A stretch of DNA of 63,952 bases, filler included, from Dimargaris cristalligena (taxonomy: Eukaryota): assembly GCA_003614675.1 (NCBI GenBank). It is 4 parts of 4 records of this genome, joined end to end, with 100 filler letters (N's around TTAATTAATTAA, not from the genome) between each part and the next. Parts side by side here need not be neighbours in the genome. Positions count along the whole stretch, not along the records: positions 16,501 to 32,890 come from ML002853.1; positions 32,991 to 49,280 come from ML002854.1; 2 more parts are not named here. One strand, written 5' to 3'. Numbering within the stretch: position 1 is the first letter of the stretch; every line of letters starts with the position of its first letter. Under the pieces are notes generated by a model that did no database searches, was not told the origin of the DNA, and saw nothing but the letters and a program-made list of their open reading frames with translations. Both the position numbers and the translations under genes were made by a program. This document shows, one piece after another, positions 24,660 through 35,621 of this stretch.

Positions 24660-27155
24660 TCAACGCCGGGTATCGGGTAGCCCGGGTGATGTAGGTGAGA
24701 GTTCGCTTTGACTATCATCACTACTATTCCCCGGATCCGAGCGGGGGCCGGTCACCAAAGTAGCCAGACTAACGTGCCGAGGTCGAAACCCGCCGTTGGT
24801 GGTATCCGTCGGGGATGAGTGGTTGAACGCTCCCTCAGGGGCCCGGTGGGCACGGATGGGATCGAAAATCGACCAGGCTCGCAAGGCCCCGCCGCTGCCT
24901 GGGCCGGTGGACTGGCCCTCATTGGCCTGCTTCGTCGAAAACGAGGGGCGGGAGCCCCAGGGCTGGTCAATAAACGGGTGCGGATGATTGGACTGGGCCG
25001 GAGAGGGTGCCGACACCGGGAGTTCTCCGCTAAAGGTGTGGTAATCCCGCTCCGAGTGGGGGGAGTCTAGCATCCGGCTGTCATCCGGTCTGCCATCCAG
25101 GGCCCGGCTGTGGGTGCTCGGTCGGGCGGATGTGGCGGATGGTGGTAGTCCAGGAGAAGTGGGAGGGGGGAAGGGCGGTGACGATACGGACGGACGGGGT
25201 GTATCATTAGCAACAGCCATGTAGATGGGGTTAAGGACCCCGTGAAGTTGGGAAGCATGGCCCATGATACTGCGTGAATTAGACCGAATGCGATTGGTCA
25301 TTTCAGTATACCGGTGGCGTATAGCCTGGGGCAGACCGGGGGCCCCGAGGGATTCGGAGATACTGTCGGCAATGGACCGCCGCCGAGCCAGCAGTTCCGG
25401 TTGGAGGGGAGAAGTGTGATTCTCGAAATAGGACCACAGTGGGTCGCTGCTTTGCTCACCGGAAGTCGGAGCTACGCTGTAACTGTGCCGAAGGTGGTGA
25501 TGTCGCGGATGGGTGTACGGCTGGTGGGTAGGTGGATGGCTGACTTGGTCGACAACCGGACCAGGGCTCGTTAACGAGGATGACCGACGGTGGCTCTGCC
25601 GTTGACTTGGCAGGGGAGACCAGTTTTCGGCACCGGCCGGGGGGGAATAATTATCCGCACCAATGTCCCGGGCCGACACCCCTAATTCGGGATCATCGTG
25701 CGTAGTTTTCGGAATCGGCCCAACCGGAACACTGGGCCGGTTAGAAGTGATGAGAAACACGCCCAGGAAAGTCAACAAACAGCCCAAGACAAAAAAGAAG
25801 CCGGCCCGAAGGGACACGTCTTCAAAGTCGCGGTAAATCACGGCCGAGCCGATGATAGCACTCAAAGTGAAGAGCACGAACTGGGTGGGAATCACCACGG
25901 TCGAGTCAAAGTACTGGAGGGCCCGGTTGAGATAGCGGATTTGAACAACGGCGCTGTAGAGGAGCACGGCCAGCAACAAGTAGGTAATGGGGTGCTTAAA
26001 CATGAGGATGAGTTCGAGCTGGAGTAAGGACGAGACGCCCTTAGTAGCCAAGACGGTGTAGCCACCGGAGAGGGCGACCAATCCGATATCAATCAGGACC
26101 AGTCGGGGGCCCCACACGGGGGACAGAACGGCCAGAATAACCATGGTGGTGACGGTCAGTAGATAGTAGAGACCCGCAGTGAAACTAGTGATGGCTGCCC
26201 AGAGCGACTCGGGCGTTAGGGAAACCTCGGTTGATTTGGAGCTGGATACTACCACCATGGCCCCCAAAATGGCCAGAACGACTCCGATGGCGTCGCGGGT
26301 GCGGACCGTTTCTTTCAGAACCAGAGGCGCCAGGAACACATTGGTAATGAGGGTAACCGTGCCCAGGGGGGCTACTACCGAGGCTGGGGCAAACCCATAG
26401 GCCATGAAGTTCCCCACTTCACCTGAGACCATCAGAACCATACCCAGCCACCAACTACGGCTCTTGAGGTAGGCATTCTCATCGTGGCGGGCCGTGGAGT
26501 CCGTGGCCGACAGGGAATTATGTCCCGAGGAACCCAGGGCCTCGGGGGACGTGGGGATGGTCACATGCGAGTGGCCGGGGGCGGGACTGGGTGGGTAGTA
26601 GGGGCTGTAGTCTGTCGAAGCCGCACGTTCAGAAGCCCGGCGGGGGGTGGAACCGGACCCTGGCGTACGGGTCGGGAAGTGGGAATCGCGCAGTTGCCTG
26701 GGCAATAGGGGAGAGGCGGCCGTGAGTGGGTGGCCCCGACCGTCTTCTTCGTACTCGTCCCCACTGTCCTCGTCCGACCCGGAGACGGGCTGGTTGGGGA
26801 GAACCAATGGTGGGGGTCGATGGGACCGACTGGTCTGAGTCCCGCCACTACCGGAAGGGGTCGTTTCGGAACGCCCCTTACCCAGGGGACCCGTCTCCCC
26901 GTTAGAACGGGCGGTGGTTGAGGATGAAGACGACGAGGAGGACTGAGGGGCCAAGCGGGTCGGTTCGGAAACGGAGGCTGGAGCCGAGTACTCGGTGAAC
27001 TCAATGGCCTGCCGCTTTATCTGGTTATGAGCGTATTTCTGGACATTAAGGGCTAATGAGATGAGGAAATTGCCGGTAATGGCCATGACTACGCCGATGA
27101 GAGCCTTCACTTCATAGCGGGAGTCGTCGCTCATGAGCTCTGCCCACCAACTCAT
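24660..27155 (-). CDS. NIPA family magnesium transporter (DUF803), single-exon ORF
   Basis: Motifs GNFLISLALNVQKYAH, YLKSRSWWLGMVLMVSGEVGNFMAYGFAPASVVAPLG, GGYTVLATKGVSSLL and QIRYLNRALQYFDSTVVIPTQFVLFTLSAIIGSAVIYRDF. Multiple TM segments. Confidence 0.93.
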   Translation of the reverse strand: MSWWAELMSDDSRYEVKALIGVVMAITGNFLISLALNVQKYAHNQIKRQAIEFTEYSAPASVSEPTRLAPQSSSSSSSSTTARSNGETGPLGKGRSETTPSGSGGTQTSRSHRPPPLVLPNQPVSGSDEDSGDEYEEDGRGHPLTAASPLLPRQLRDSHFPTRTPGSGSTPRRASERAASTDYSPYYPPSPAPGHSHVTIPTSPEALGSSGHNSLSATDSTARHDENAYLKSRSWWLGMVLMVSGEVGNFMAYGFAPASVVAPLGTVTLITNVFLAPLVLKETVRTRDAIGVVLAILGAMVVVSSSKSTEVSLTPESLWAAITSFTAGLYYLLTVTTMVILAVLSPVWGPRLVLIDIGLVALSGGYTVLATKGVSSLLQLELILMFKHPITYLLLAVLLYSAVVQIRYLNRALQYFDSTVVIPTQFVLFTLSAIIGSAVIYRDFEDVSLRAGFFFVLGCLLTFLGVFLITSNRPSVPVGPIPKTTHDDPELGVSARDIGADNYSPPAGAENWSPLPSQRQSHRRSSSLTSPGPVVDQVSHPPTHQPYTHPRHHHLRHSYSVAPTSGEQSSDPLWSYFENHTSPLQPELLARRRSIADSISESLGAPGLPQAIRHRYTEMTNRIRSNSRSIMGHASQLHGVLNPIYMAVANDTPRPSVSSPPFPPPTSPGLPPSATSARPSTHSRALDGRPDDSRMLDSPHSERDYHTFSGELPVSAPSPAQSNHPHPFIDQPWGSRPSFSTKQANEGQSTGPGSGGALRAWSIFDPIRAHRAPEGAFNHSSPTDTTNGGFRPRHVSLATLVTGPRSDPGNSSDDSQSELSPTSPGLPDTRR

Positions 27156-29901
27156 GGTATGGCCGGATAGTCGAAAAGGGGCAGATAATGACGGGTGTGG
27201 CTGCCAAGGGCAGTAAACGGGTGAGGGAGTGGGAGAGAGGGCGGTGCTAAGGAGTGGCTATGGGGCGGGTAATACAAGGGCAACGCAGAGTAAGTTACAC
27301 GCGACAACCCCTAGGAATGAGCGATACCAGAAAAAAGTAGGCCAGCGGGGGGTGAACAGTATAGTACAGACACTATATGGGCCCAGTCGAAACCAGTCAG
27401 GGGTGTGCTGGGCTAGGTGAACGGAAAAGAGTACGGCAAATGAAACCAAGGCAGCTCGCTCAACAAAGAACAACGAATGCGATGGAACAACTGAAGGTCC
27501 GAAGGGTATATAGTAGGCCTATGAGACACAGCGCTGGTTTCCTTTCCAGTTAGCGCTATTCTGAGGTATCCAATGGCGCAAAAAAATATATAGTAAGCAG
27601 ACCCACTAATACGTATGCCCCGCCCACTTTAGAGCTGAGGAGGGTCGCCGGCCCTTGCTCCTCCCGTTATCTATTGATTGTGGTATATACAGCCGTAGTG
27701 ACCAGTCTGGAACAGTCCAAGACTACACAGCACGGTATATATAGGTATGCAGAAGGGGGTTTTAGGCGCTACTATCGTTCCCTTCACCTCGCTGAGTAGT
27801 AGCGTCGGGGGAATAGTGCAAAATGCAAGGTTAGACATATTGTAGGCAAAGGGTAACCGAGAATACTTCAAACCACCTCGGCGGCCCCAGCTCAACCCCA
27901 ATTGACCTACTGCTTCGCACCCACACCTCGTTTGAACCGGTCTATACTCCCCATACCAACGGTAAATTGGCCCAGTAGAGGGGCAGTGTCCCCAATTCGC
28001 CACCCGCAGTGGCATTGCCCTATGCCTCCAAGAGCTAGAATCCGAGTCAAGTAAAGTGTCTGGGAAAACGATTAAAAAGAGCAACACCTAGCGGTGATCA
28101 TTATGAATGACTGATACAGGTGGAATTACGTGGCAATCGCACTGAATGTAATTTATCACACATCTGCCGTGTCACCGGGCCCTCCTCCAGCTTGTACCGC
28201 TGCCTAGCATCGTTAGAAATCCCTCTTATCATGGTTTTAATTTCCCTGGCCAATGTGAGCGGGTAACATTCCTTCAGCGATCATCACCAGTATACTACTG
28301 TCTCTGAGTTGGTTAGGAATATATATTATATATATGCATAAATTTGGAAGGGATTGTCTTGCTCTCGAGGGGACATCCCTGTAAACAATTAACAATTTGA
28401 AAGTCAAACTACCCCAAAGTAGCAATACACAATAAGAGGCTTAATTGATACTCACCTACCTCTAGGGGCTTCATGAATATCGTATAATTAACCAAGGAGG
28501 AGCAGTCACCTAATCTATAATTAAACTTACCCGGTATACAGGCTATTGCTGAGATGTTCTTCGATCGGATAGACTCATAGCTAAACGTCAATGATGCGAA
28601 TACCTGGAGGGTATATCTTCTTTACCTATGGTTGAGAAGTACTATAGCAAAATAAAGAAATTCGAGAACAATGAAAGCCAACCTGCGCCCCCCTTCGCTT
28701 TCCCAGGGGGATACTGTATCTATTCGAACCTATGGTGATTGCTCCCTGCGTTATCTTTGAAAGTTGGCATATGTGCCTAGCTTCTGCTTTGCCTTCGATG
28801 AATTTAATAGGGTTGGGTGTCGAATGGCAAAAAGTAGCGCACAACATTAGTAAAATTCGATTTCTCTTTGATTGTCGAAGTGATATCGGCTTCTTGTAAC
28901 ACGATCCCCTGAAGGAAATAGGATTCAAGCGCCAGCCAGAACGGCAGCACAGAGATTCCACTAAGGTAGACCGTTCTAATGAAAGAATACGTGCACGAAG
29001 GCATCAATTAAAGGTCCCTCTAACCGAAAAGGCCTGCTCCACCATGAAAACGGAAGTGAGCGTACTGATGACGGCTAAGGAAAAGCATGTTAAGGATAAC
29101 CGTCCCCCATAACAGGGGACAATAGCCAGAACACTCAGTTCCCTACCAATCACCAATCCACAGGTTTAAATAGTGTCCCAGAAACCTATAAGGTACATAG
29201 AGCTGTAGGCACTAGGGCATTTAATAGATCCACTCACCTTGTGCCGTATAATAAATCACTCATTGGCGGAGTTATGGGATGGGGTATACAATAAGGGTAA
29301 AACCATCCATGGCTTTTTAAACAGCGCTCCAAGAGTCGAATTACTTTTCAATAATAAATGGCATGCCCATGGCTGGAATACATATACCAATTATGCATTT
29401 AATTTACTAAGCCCCTGACCAACTGGTGCCCATTTTAGTACTCAGGCCAATCCACTTAAAAAAAATAGATAAAAGTTATAGCACCAACTATTCCCAAGTG
29501 GTCTCCCACCTCAGTACTTAATTGGCTTACACATACTTAACTACGCAGATCTAACGGGATACGGTGCTAACATGCGAAAGTGGCCATAACTGAAAATTGT
29601 ACCCTTTTACAGATGATATACCCTCAACTTTATTAAATAACAGTTCCAATGTTTTATAACTTGTATCGCTGATGGCTATGGTGGGAGAATAGTGAGCGTG
29701 CATCATCACATGACGCCCGCTCGTGACATTATACTTAGCAACTGGTCTATTCAAAATGATAGATATTACTACACAGCTCTGGACAGATACTAAATATAAG
29801 GTATTATTAACAATGCGCGAAACTCTCTCTCTCTCTATATATATAAACGTAAATGAGCCGTACCTCGCCTAGTAATACAGTGGTTGTTTCAAGGATTATA
29901 G

Positions 29902-31662
29902 CTAACATATTAGGACATTGGGAGAACTGGCGCCTAGTGCAGGCGATCCTAGTGAGGGGGGTATCCATGAGGTATCCTGATCAAAGCCGTACATGTCAAT
30001 TAAACTATCTCGACTCGCCAATCGACTGGACTCGGTGTTCATTTTACCCCAGGGACGGTAAGGGTAGTTGTCCAAAATCTCGGAAGTTTGGTTTGACGAT
30101 CGATCCGCCATTACCTCTTCTTCTTCGTCTTCCCCCTCCCCCTCCCCGCCTTCCTCGGACGAGGCCAAATGTAGCATGGTGGAATCAATGGGAGATCCCA
30201 CTTCAATCGGCATGAATATACTAACAAACGTCAGTTCATTGTCAACAAGGTTGCGCGTATAGATGGTGACTTTGATTTCATGAGTAACCTGAAGGCGGGG
30301 CAGGCGAACGTCATACTGGATGCCTTTGTACCGGTCAGGTACGTGCAGGATAAGGGTAGTCCGCTGCCCCACGGGAATCTGACTCGCGCCGGCGCTGGTA
30401 AGGAACTGGGTCGAGGGCGAGTGCCTCAGCCTACTGCGAACGGATTTGACCGCCGGCAGGACCAGGGATAGTGTAGAGGGCACCAGATTCCGCAGCCGAT
30501 GGGCGGTTGAGCTGGGATGGGGGGCGTTTGTAGGGTTGTCCCGGCGGGCCGGTGCCACACATGGGCGGGGTTGGGTAAAATCTTCAAAACTGGTGGACAA
30601 GACATGACCGGCCTGGAGAGTCATTTGTGGATGGTCGGAGTCGGGGGGGAACGGGGTAGTCCGGTTGGCCCTATCCGGTCCAGCCGACCGGGTCACCCGG
30701 GCCTTATCGCTCGGTGAATGGGGCGGCGATGGCATATCGTAGTCCACACCGGGTTCCAGCTGGTCCATCTGGCCACCACCCCCTTCATCATCGTCGTCGT
30801 TTTCGGCGGTCTGGTACTTGATGGTTTCGTGAAGGCTTGCCACGATGCGGGTGATCCTCATGCGGTGGCGCAGTGGACAGGCGTACACGTGGACGGGAAT
30901 GGCCTCCTGTTCGCCGTAGCGTGGGGACGATAAAGTTACTACATACTCCAACTGGTCCCTCCAGGTATCCTTCAGGGAGGGAGTGGAATACAGCGGTGAA
31001 TCAGTCGCCCGGGCCAACATGGGTCGGTCCGCTCGGGTAACGGCAATGTACTGGGTGGCTTTCAGCGAAGAATAGGGCCAGCTCCGTCTTAGCGTAACCC
31101 GAATCTTGTACAGCACCACGATATTCAGGGTGTGGATAGTTTCCGGCAGGTGGTTCGGTAAAGTCGCTTGAAAAGGGAATATAATCTGATCCGTCGTCGC
31201 TTCGGGTTCATTCGGAGTGGGGATGGTGCCGTCATGCTGGTCTATCAAGGTCCAGGTATGGCGATGTAGTTCGATTCGCTTCTTATATCGGGTTGGTATA
31301 CCACGCGGCATGTATATCATATTGACCAGGCATTGGCAAGTCAGTCGCACTTTTAAGTCCCGAACGTGACTTAGTCGACGGGTGTTCGGAATAGCGACTT
31401 GAGCCACTAGCAGTGTGGACTCAGTGGGGTATTTTACACCAGAAGAGATAGGTATGGCCACGGAGCCGACCGGGTGGGCGTCTAACGGGAGCAGTTGGGG
31501 GGTTTGGATTATCCGCAACTGGAGGGCCTGCACCGAGGTGCCACCATTGTTCCGCGAGGTGGATTTCTCGTAAGACTTCTCAATTGATTTTGTGATACGA
31601 ATGTCCTCCAAGGCGTCTAGCCGTCGGAGGCTGTGGGTCGAAGTGCGCTTTAAGATTAACAT
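29902..31662 (-). CDS. Alpha-arrestin-like (arrestin N/C domain) protein
   Basis: 586-aa ORF with FPFQATLPNHLPETIHT...VLYKIRVTLRR (arrestin_N), WRDQLEYVVTL...IPVHV...LHETIKY and LQVTHEIKVTI (arrestin_C). Confidence 0.75.
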   Translation of the reverse strand: MLILKRTSTHSLRRLDALEDIRITKSIEKSYEKSTSRNNGGTSVQALQLRIIQTPQLLPLDAHPVGSVAIPISSGVKYPTESTLLVAQVAIPNTRRLSHVRDLKVRLTCQCLVNMIYMPRGIPTRYKKRIELHRHTWTLIDQHDGTIPTPNEPEATTDQIIFPFQATLPNHLPETIHTLNIVVLYKIRVTLRRSWPYSSLKATQYIAVTRADRPMLARATDSPLYSTPSLKDTWRDQLEYVVTLSSPRYGEQEAIPVHVYACPLRHRMRITRIVASLHETIKYQTAENDDDDEGGGGQMDQLEPGVDYDMPSPPHSPSDKARVTRSAGPDRANRTTPFPPDSDHPQMTLQAGHVLSTSFEDFTQPRPCVAPARRDNPTNAPHPSSTAHRLRNLVPSTLSLVLPAVKSVRSRLRHSPSTQFLTSAGASQIPVGQRTTLILHVPDRYKGIQYDVRLPRLQVTHEIKVTIYTRNLVDNELTFVSIFMPIEVGSPIDSTMLHLASSEEGGEGEGEDEEEEVMADRSSNQTSEILDNYPYRPWGKMNTESSRLASRDSLIDMYGFDQDTSWIPPSLGSPALGASSPNVLIC

Positions 31663-32890
31663 GGATTGAAACTGAGAGCCGGCCCTTTGGAATAGTGGAA
31701 TTGATTATTATTAATATTATTTTTTAAAAAAAACAGTCGAACCAGCCCTTTAATAATCAGTTAAGTATGAATAAAATCAAGTAAAATTACACACAAGCGG
31801 CTTTAACGGGTTAAAAAAAAGGGGGGAAGTAAGCAAAACAGGATTAAGTAAATGAGGGCGACGTCCAGCGCTTTTAAAGGATACCGAGGAATTCCGTTTG
31901 CAATTTCACATGACCAGTATGGTAATTGTCGGAGAACGAATAGACTAAACGGATGTCCGACTTTCTTGGATTGTAATCCAGTTAACTATAATTGCAGTAT
32001 ATATACGGCGGAGAGGAACGGGGAAGCAGCGCTCTACCTGAATGAAGATGCTAACCGAGGCCGTCATTCGACTGAGTGAGGTCAGCACTTGGGTGTCCCA
32101 TCTACTGGCCTGCATCATTAATCAAGAACAGTGTGAACAAGCTGGTTGACCAGCGATCCAGGCCAAGTTTGGCTATTGCAAGGGGGGGGGGAATGAGGAC
32201 GATCCGCCGTTTGTACAACGTCACTATACTCTTTGGGATTGGGCGGATCATTGGAAACGGATAGCCCATGTAAGACATGCGACTACACCAGCAAATCCCC
32301 CATTTCAGAACTTAAAACACCCATTTTCACAATACAACCTGGCCTTCATTGCACTAGTACAGTCGATGGATACTTCCCCGAAAAATCGCCCACAGTTGCA
32401 AGGAACCGGCAAAATTTATTCAAGGGTTATCGGGTACAGTGTATGGAAAGCAGGCGACCAGCGACGGTGGATCATCGTTCTATTTTTGCCGGAAACCATC
32501 CATCCTAGGGGGCCTGGTCAGAGTGAATAATCTGACCAAATCTGTAAGCAAATGTACTGACATTGATGCAAGTCCGAGTATCAATAATAGTGGCCTAGTT
32601 GCCATGTTTCTAATATTGACCAAATCTAAAGATAGCTAGATTTTTTTAAAATGGGGAAGAGGTGGATTGATGTGCGCCATCTATTAGAATATCGCTGTGC
32701 AGTCATCTTTTCCCGATTTCTACTCGGATTTACCTCAGACTTGACTCCAATAGTTAGTTTGGCGTGAATGAGAATGCTGGTAAATAGTTCAAAGGCAGGG
32801 TGGCGATACAATCCAACCAGCTTTACATCTGGTTTATATGGCAGAAGTTCATCCAGGCTGTATAATGAATAATCCATTTGATGAGGTAAA

Positions 32891-32990
32891 NNNNNNNNNN
32901 NNNNNNNNNNNNNNNNNNNNNNNNNNNNNNNNNNTTAATTAATTAANNNNNNNNNNNNNNNNNNNNNNNNNNNNNNNNNNNNNNNNNNNN
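32891..32990. other. Artificial contig-joining linker
   Basis: N44-TTAATTAATTAA-N44. Confidence 0.97.
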
Positions 32991-33699
32991 AGTTAATACT
33001 ATATCAATACACCATGTAAACCATATCCCCTCATCTAGCCCAATAGCATTCCATTGACTAACTATAGGGAATGATGAACCTACTACACTACCCTGCAGGT
33101 AATAAACCCAAGTTAGGAATCTTAAATAGGGATTCTTCAACAGCCCACTTGGCTATATAGCCTGGCAAAAGTTAGGCCTTATAGTAAGTCATTACTCTGT
33201 TTTTATTACCTATTGATAAGTACCAGCTCAGATAACCTTTAATATTGTATCCTACGGAAACCTATCTGTGTGAGCTCTAATTTCCGCTGATGGGATGTGG
33301 TCACTGGTACTATGCCTACCATAGCTCATAGAGGTTGGCAAAATAATTTAAATTGACTTATAATAAATCCACAAAATTGGAGTTGCTGTGCTGTTAATGG
33401 CCTAATGTAGTAATAGAGATAATTAGATTTATTTCAAGTAATAGTAATAAGTTTAATAATAATAGTTACAGGTAAATACCAGTACAACCATCAATAGTGA
33501 TTGCTTAAAAAGATATAAGAAAAATTGAGGTCAGAAGAGGAATCCCCATTCACCCTGTGGGGCATGGCATGGTTATATATATGGATTATTGCTACTGTGA
33601 TTGTTTGATTATATTAATAAATGACTATTGTATACCCAAGATATGTAGTCATAAAGTTTGTAATCCTGGCCAAAAAGATGAATAGTGAAAATATACTGG

Positions 33700-34850
33700 A
33701 AACAAAGGTTTGAATACTAAAGAAATAGTAAAACTCTTGGGGCTTATCCTCTTTTGGAGGGGAGATCCAAGACTAGAGAAAGTTTAGTCACTATATTAAT
33801 AGGGCTACTAGGGTTTTTCCCAGTCTGGCCACAAGGGAGTATATATCCTATTTGGCTCAGATGAAGTAGAGTTTTATTTCAAGTGAATCTAAGGCAGGCA
33901 ACCTTTTGATCATAATTTACCATCCACAGGGAATATATTAAAGGATAAATAGTTCAAAAACCCTCAAAAGCTACAAATAAAGAGGGAAAGGACATGGGGA
34001 GGACAATGAACAGACCCTGGGAAGAAACCAGGTCATTATGACAACCTACCCAACTTAGCTAGACTGGGGTTATTGGTATTGTCAGTAAGGTGGGGGGTCA
34101 TAGGACAAGGTCTCCCCCAAGGCAGAAAAAAGTAGTACTAAAACTAAGCGGCTAGTCTAAATGGCAGGGAAGGAATGTGTATGGTTGTGGTCAGGGAAGT
34201 GAAATGGACTTATAAGACCATCTCAGTATCTTGGGGGCTAGGAGGAGAAAGGGGGGAAGGAAGGGTACCTACCCAGGTAGGGCAGGTAGAGTTTGTAGAG
34301 GCAGGGATATCCTCCTCTGCAATCCAACCCTCCTGGACAAAGTTGTGAGCAACAGCTCTGGCAACAGTGGGTCTATGGATAGCCAGGTGGTGGGCAGCCC
34401 AAAGACAGCAGGCATGGTGAATTTCAGCCACCTTCTGAGCACAATCAGAGGGGAGTAAGGTGGTTAAGGCAGGGTCAGCTAGGTAGGAAGGGTGAAGGAG
34501 ATCAAACCCAACACAAATAGGGACCTTGGCAGTAGAAAGTGGCTTTGTGAGCTTGGGAGCATATTGGCAGTAGACCAGTAGGGCCACATGACCAGCAGAA
34601 GGGAAGGCTCTATCTAGCAGCCTGGAGATATCAATACCAAGGGTCCATAGGCTCTTTCAAACCTCAGCTCAGGTCAATCAGCAGTTCCTAGGGATCACTA
34701 CATACTCAAATCCCTGAGGGTCTGAGTTAGGGGTGAAGATCCTAGCAGCAGCCTTGTAACGGTACTGGGACTGGGCTGGGGGAGAGGGAATAGGGTTACC
34801 AGGGTTAGCCTGGTGCCCTCATTTGGCAGTCCAGGCATATGAGCCCTTGG
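33700..34850 (-). mobile_element. Degenerate non-LTR (LINE) retrotransposon relic: ORF1 plus probable eroded start of the endonuclease region
   Basis: Translation KAAARIFTPNSDPQGFEYVVIPRNC*LT*AEV*KSLWTLGIDISRLLDRAFPSAGHVALLVYCQY...FDLLHPSYLADP...VAHNFVQEGWI resembles ORF1 of LINEs from early-diverging fungi (recognised from memory, not searched). It has in-frame TGA stops and the region is strongly CpG-depleted. The left boundary is approximate. Confidence 0.7.
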
Positions 34851-35621
34851 GGGGGGGTATTGGGCTAGATGAGGGGATATGGTTTACATGGTGTATTGAT
34901 ATAGTATTAACTAAATATATGTACTATCTTGAATTGGGAAAAGACAGTAGCTGTTAGTTTAAACAGTAGCCGACAAGTATGATTGCTTTCATCCAACCAG
35001 TTACAATACTGGCCACTATAAATATATCAGTTTCGTGACAACCCCATGTATTGTGGAGGGAAATAGTACTTGTTTAATCCAATAGTTTTATTAAAATGGT
35101 TAAACCAATTTTGTAATCCCGGAACTTAAACCAAGTGCCTTAATATTACCACGTAAAAAAAGTATGTATAGCACCAATGAAATCATAGTGACCCTTGCCA
35201 TCTCCCCCATATAGCCCACCACGCTTCAGTTTCATTCAGATTATCTGATCCTGATAAAGGCTTTATTGGTATTGGTTTTAATGGAAATGCCAAAAACTAA
35301 TAGGCTATACTTTCAACTTACGTGGCTGATGGATTTCCTGATTGCAATCGTAAATCACATTTTCCGTAATGAACGACAGGCCGGAAGTGTGATCAAGGAC
35401 CAAGAGGGTTCAGACGAACCATGAATAATAAATATGGGCATTTCCCGACGGAGGGACTACTTAATTAAAACAATAATAATCTAAAGTAATACAACGGGTG
35501 GCCCTTTTTTTTCCTGGTTAGCCGAATATTGAATATATTGCTAACATATACCACCTCCTTATGGTAATTGCCACACCACAGTGTTTTTATTTATATATAT
35601 ATTCAGCGCCTTTGGTTCATT

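Noticed and set aside
34657..34680. In-frame TGA codons as possible selenocysteine or readthrough
   Set aside because: They fall at Arg positions in a CpG-depleted transposon relic, which CGA->TGA decay explains.
32991..34912. Perfect 55-bp inverted repeat (32991-33045 vs 34858-34912) that looks like the TIRs of a 1.9-kb DNA transposon
   Set aside because: One arm starts exactly at the contig end and the match is exactly 55 nt, a common de Bruijn k-mer size. It is most simply an assembly-graph branch or amplification chimera. The interior is LINE-derived, not a transposase, and no TSD can be evaluated.
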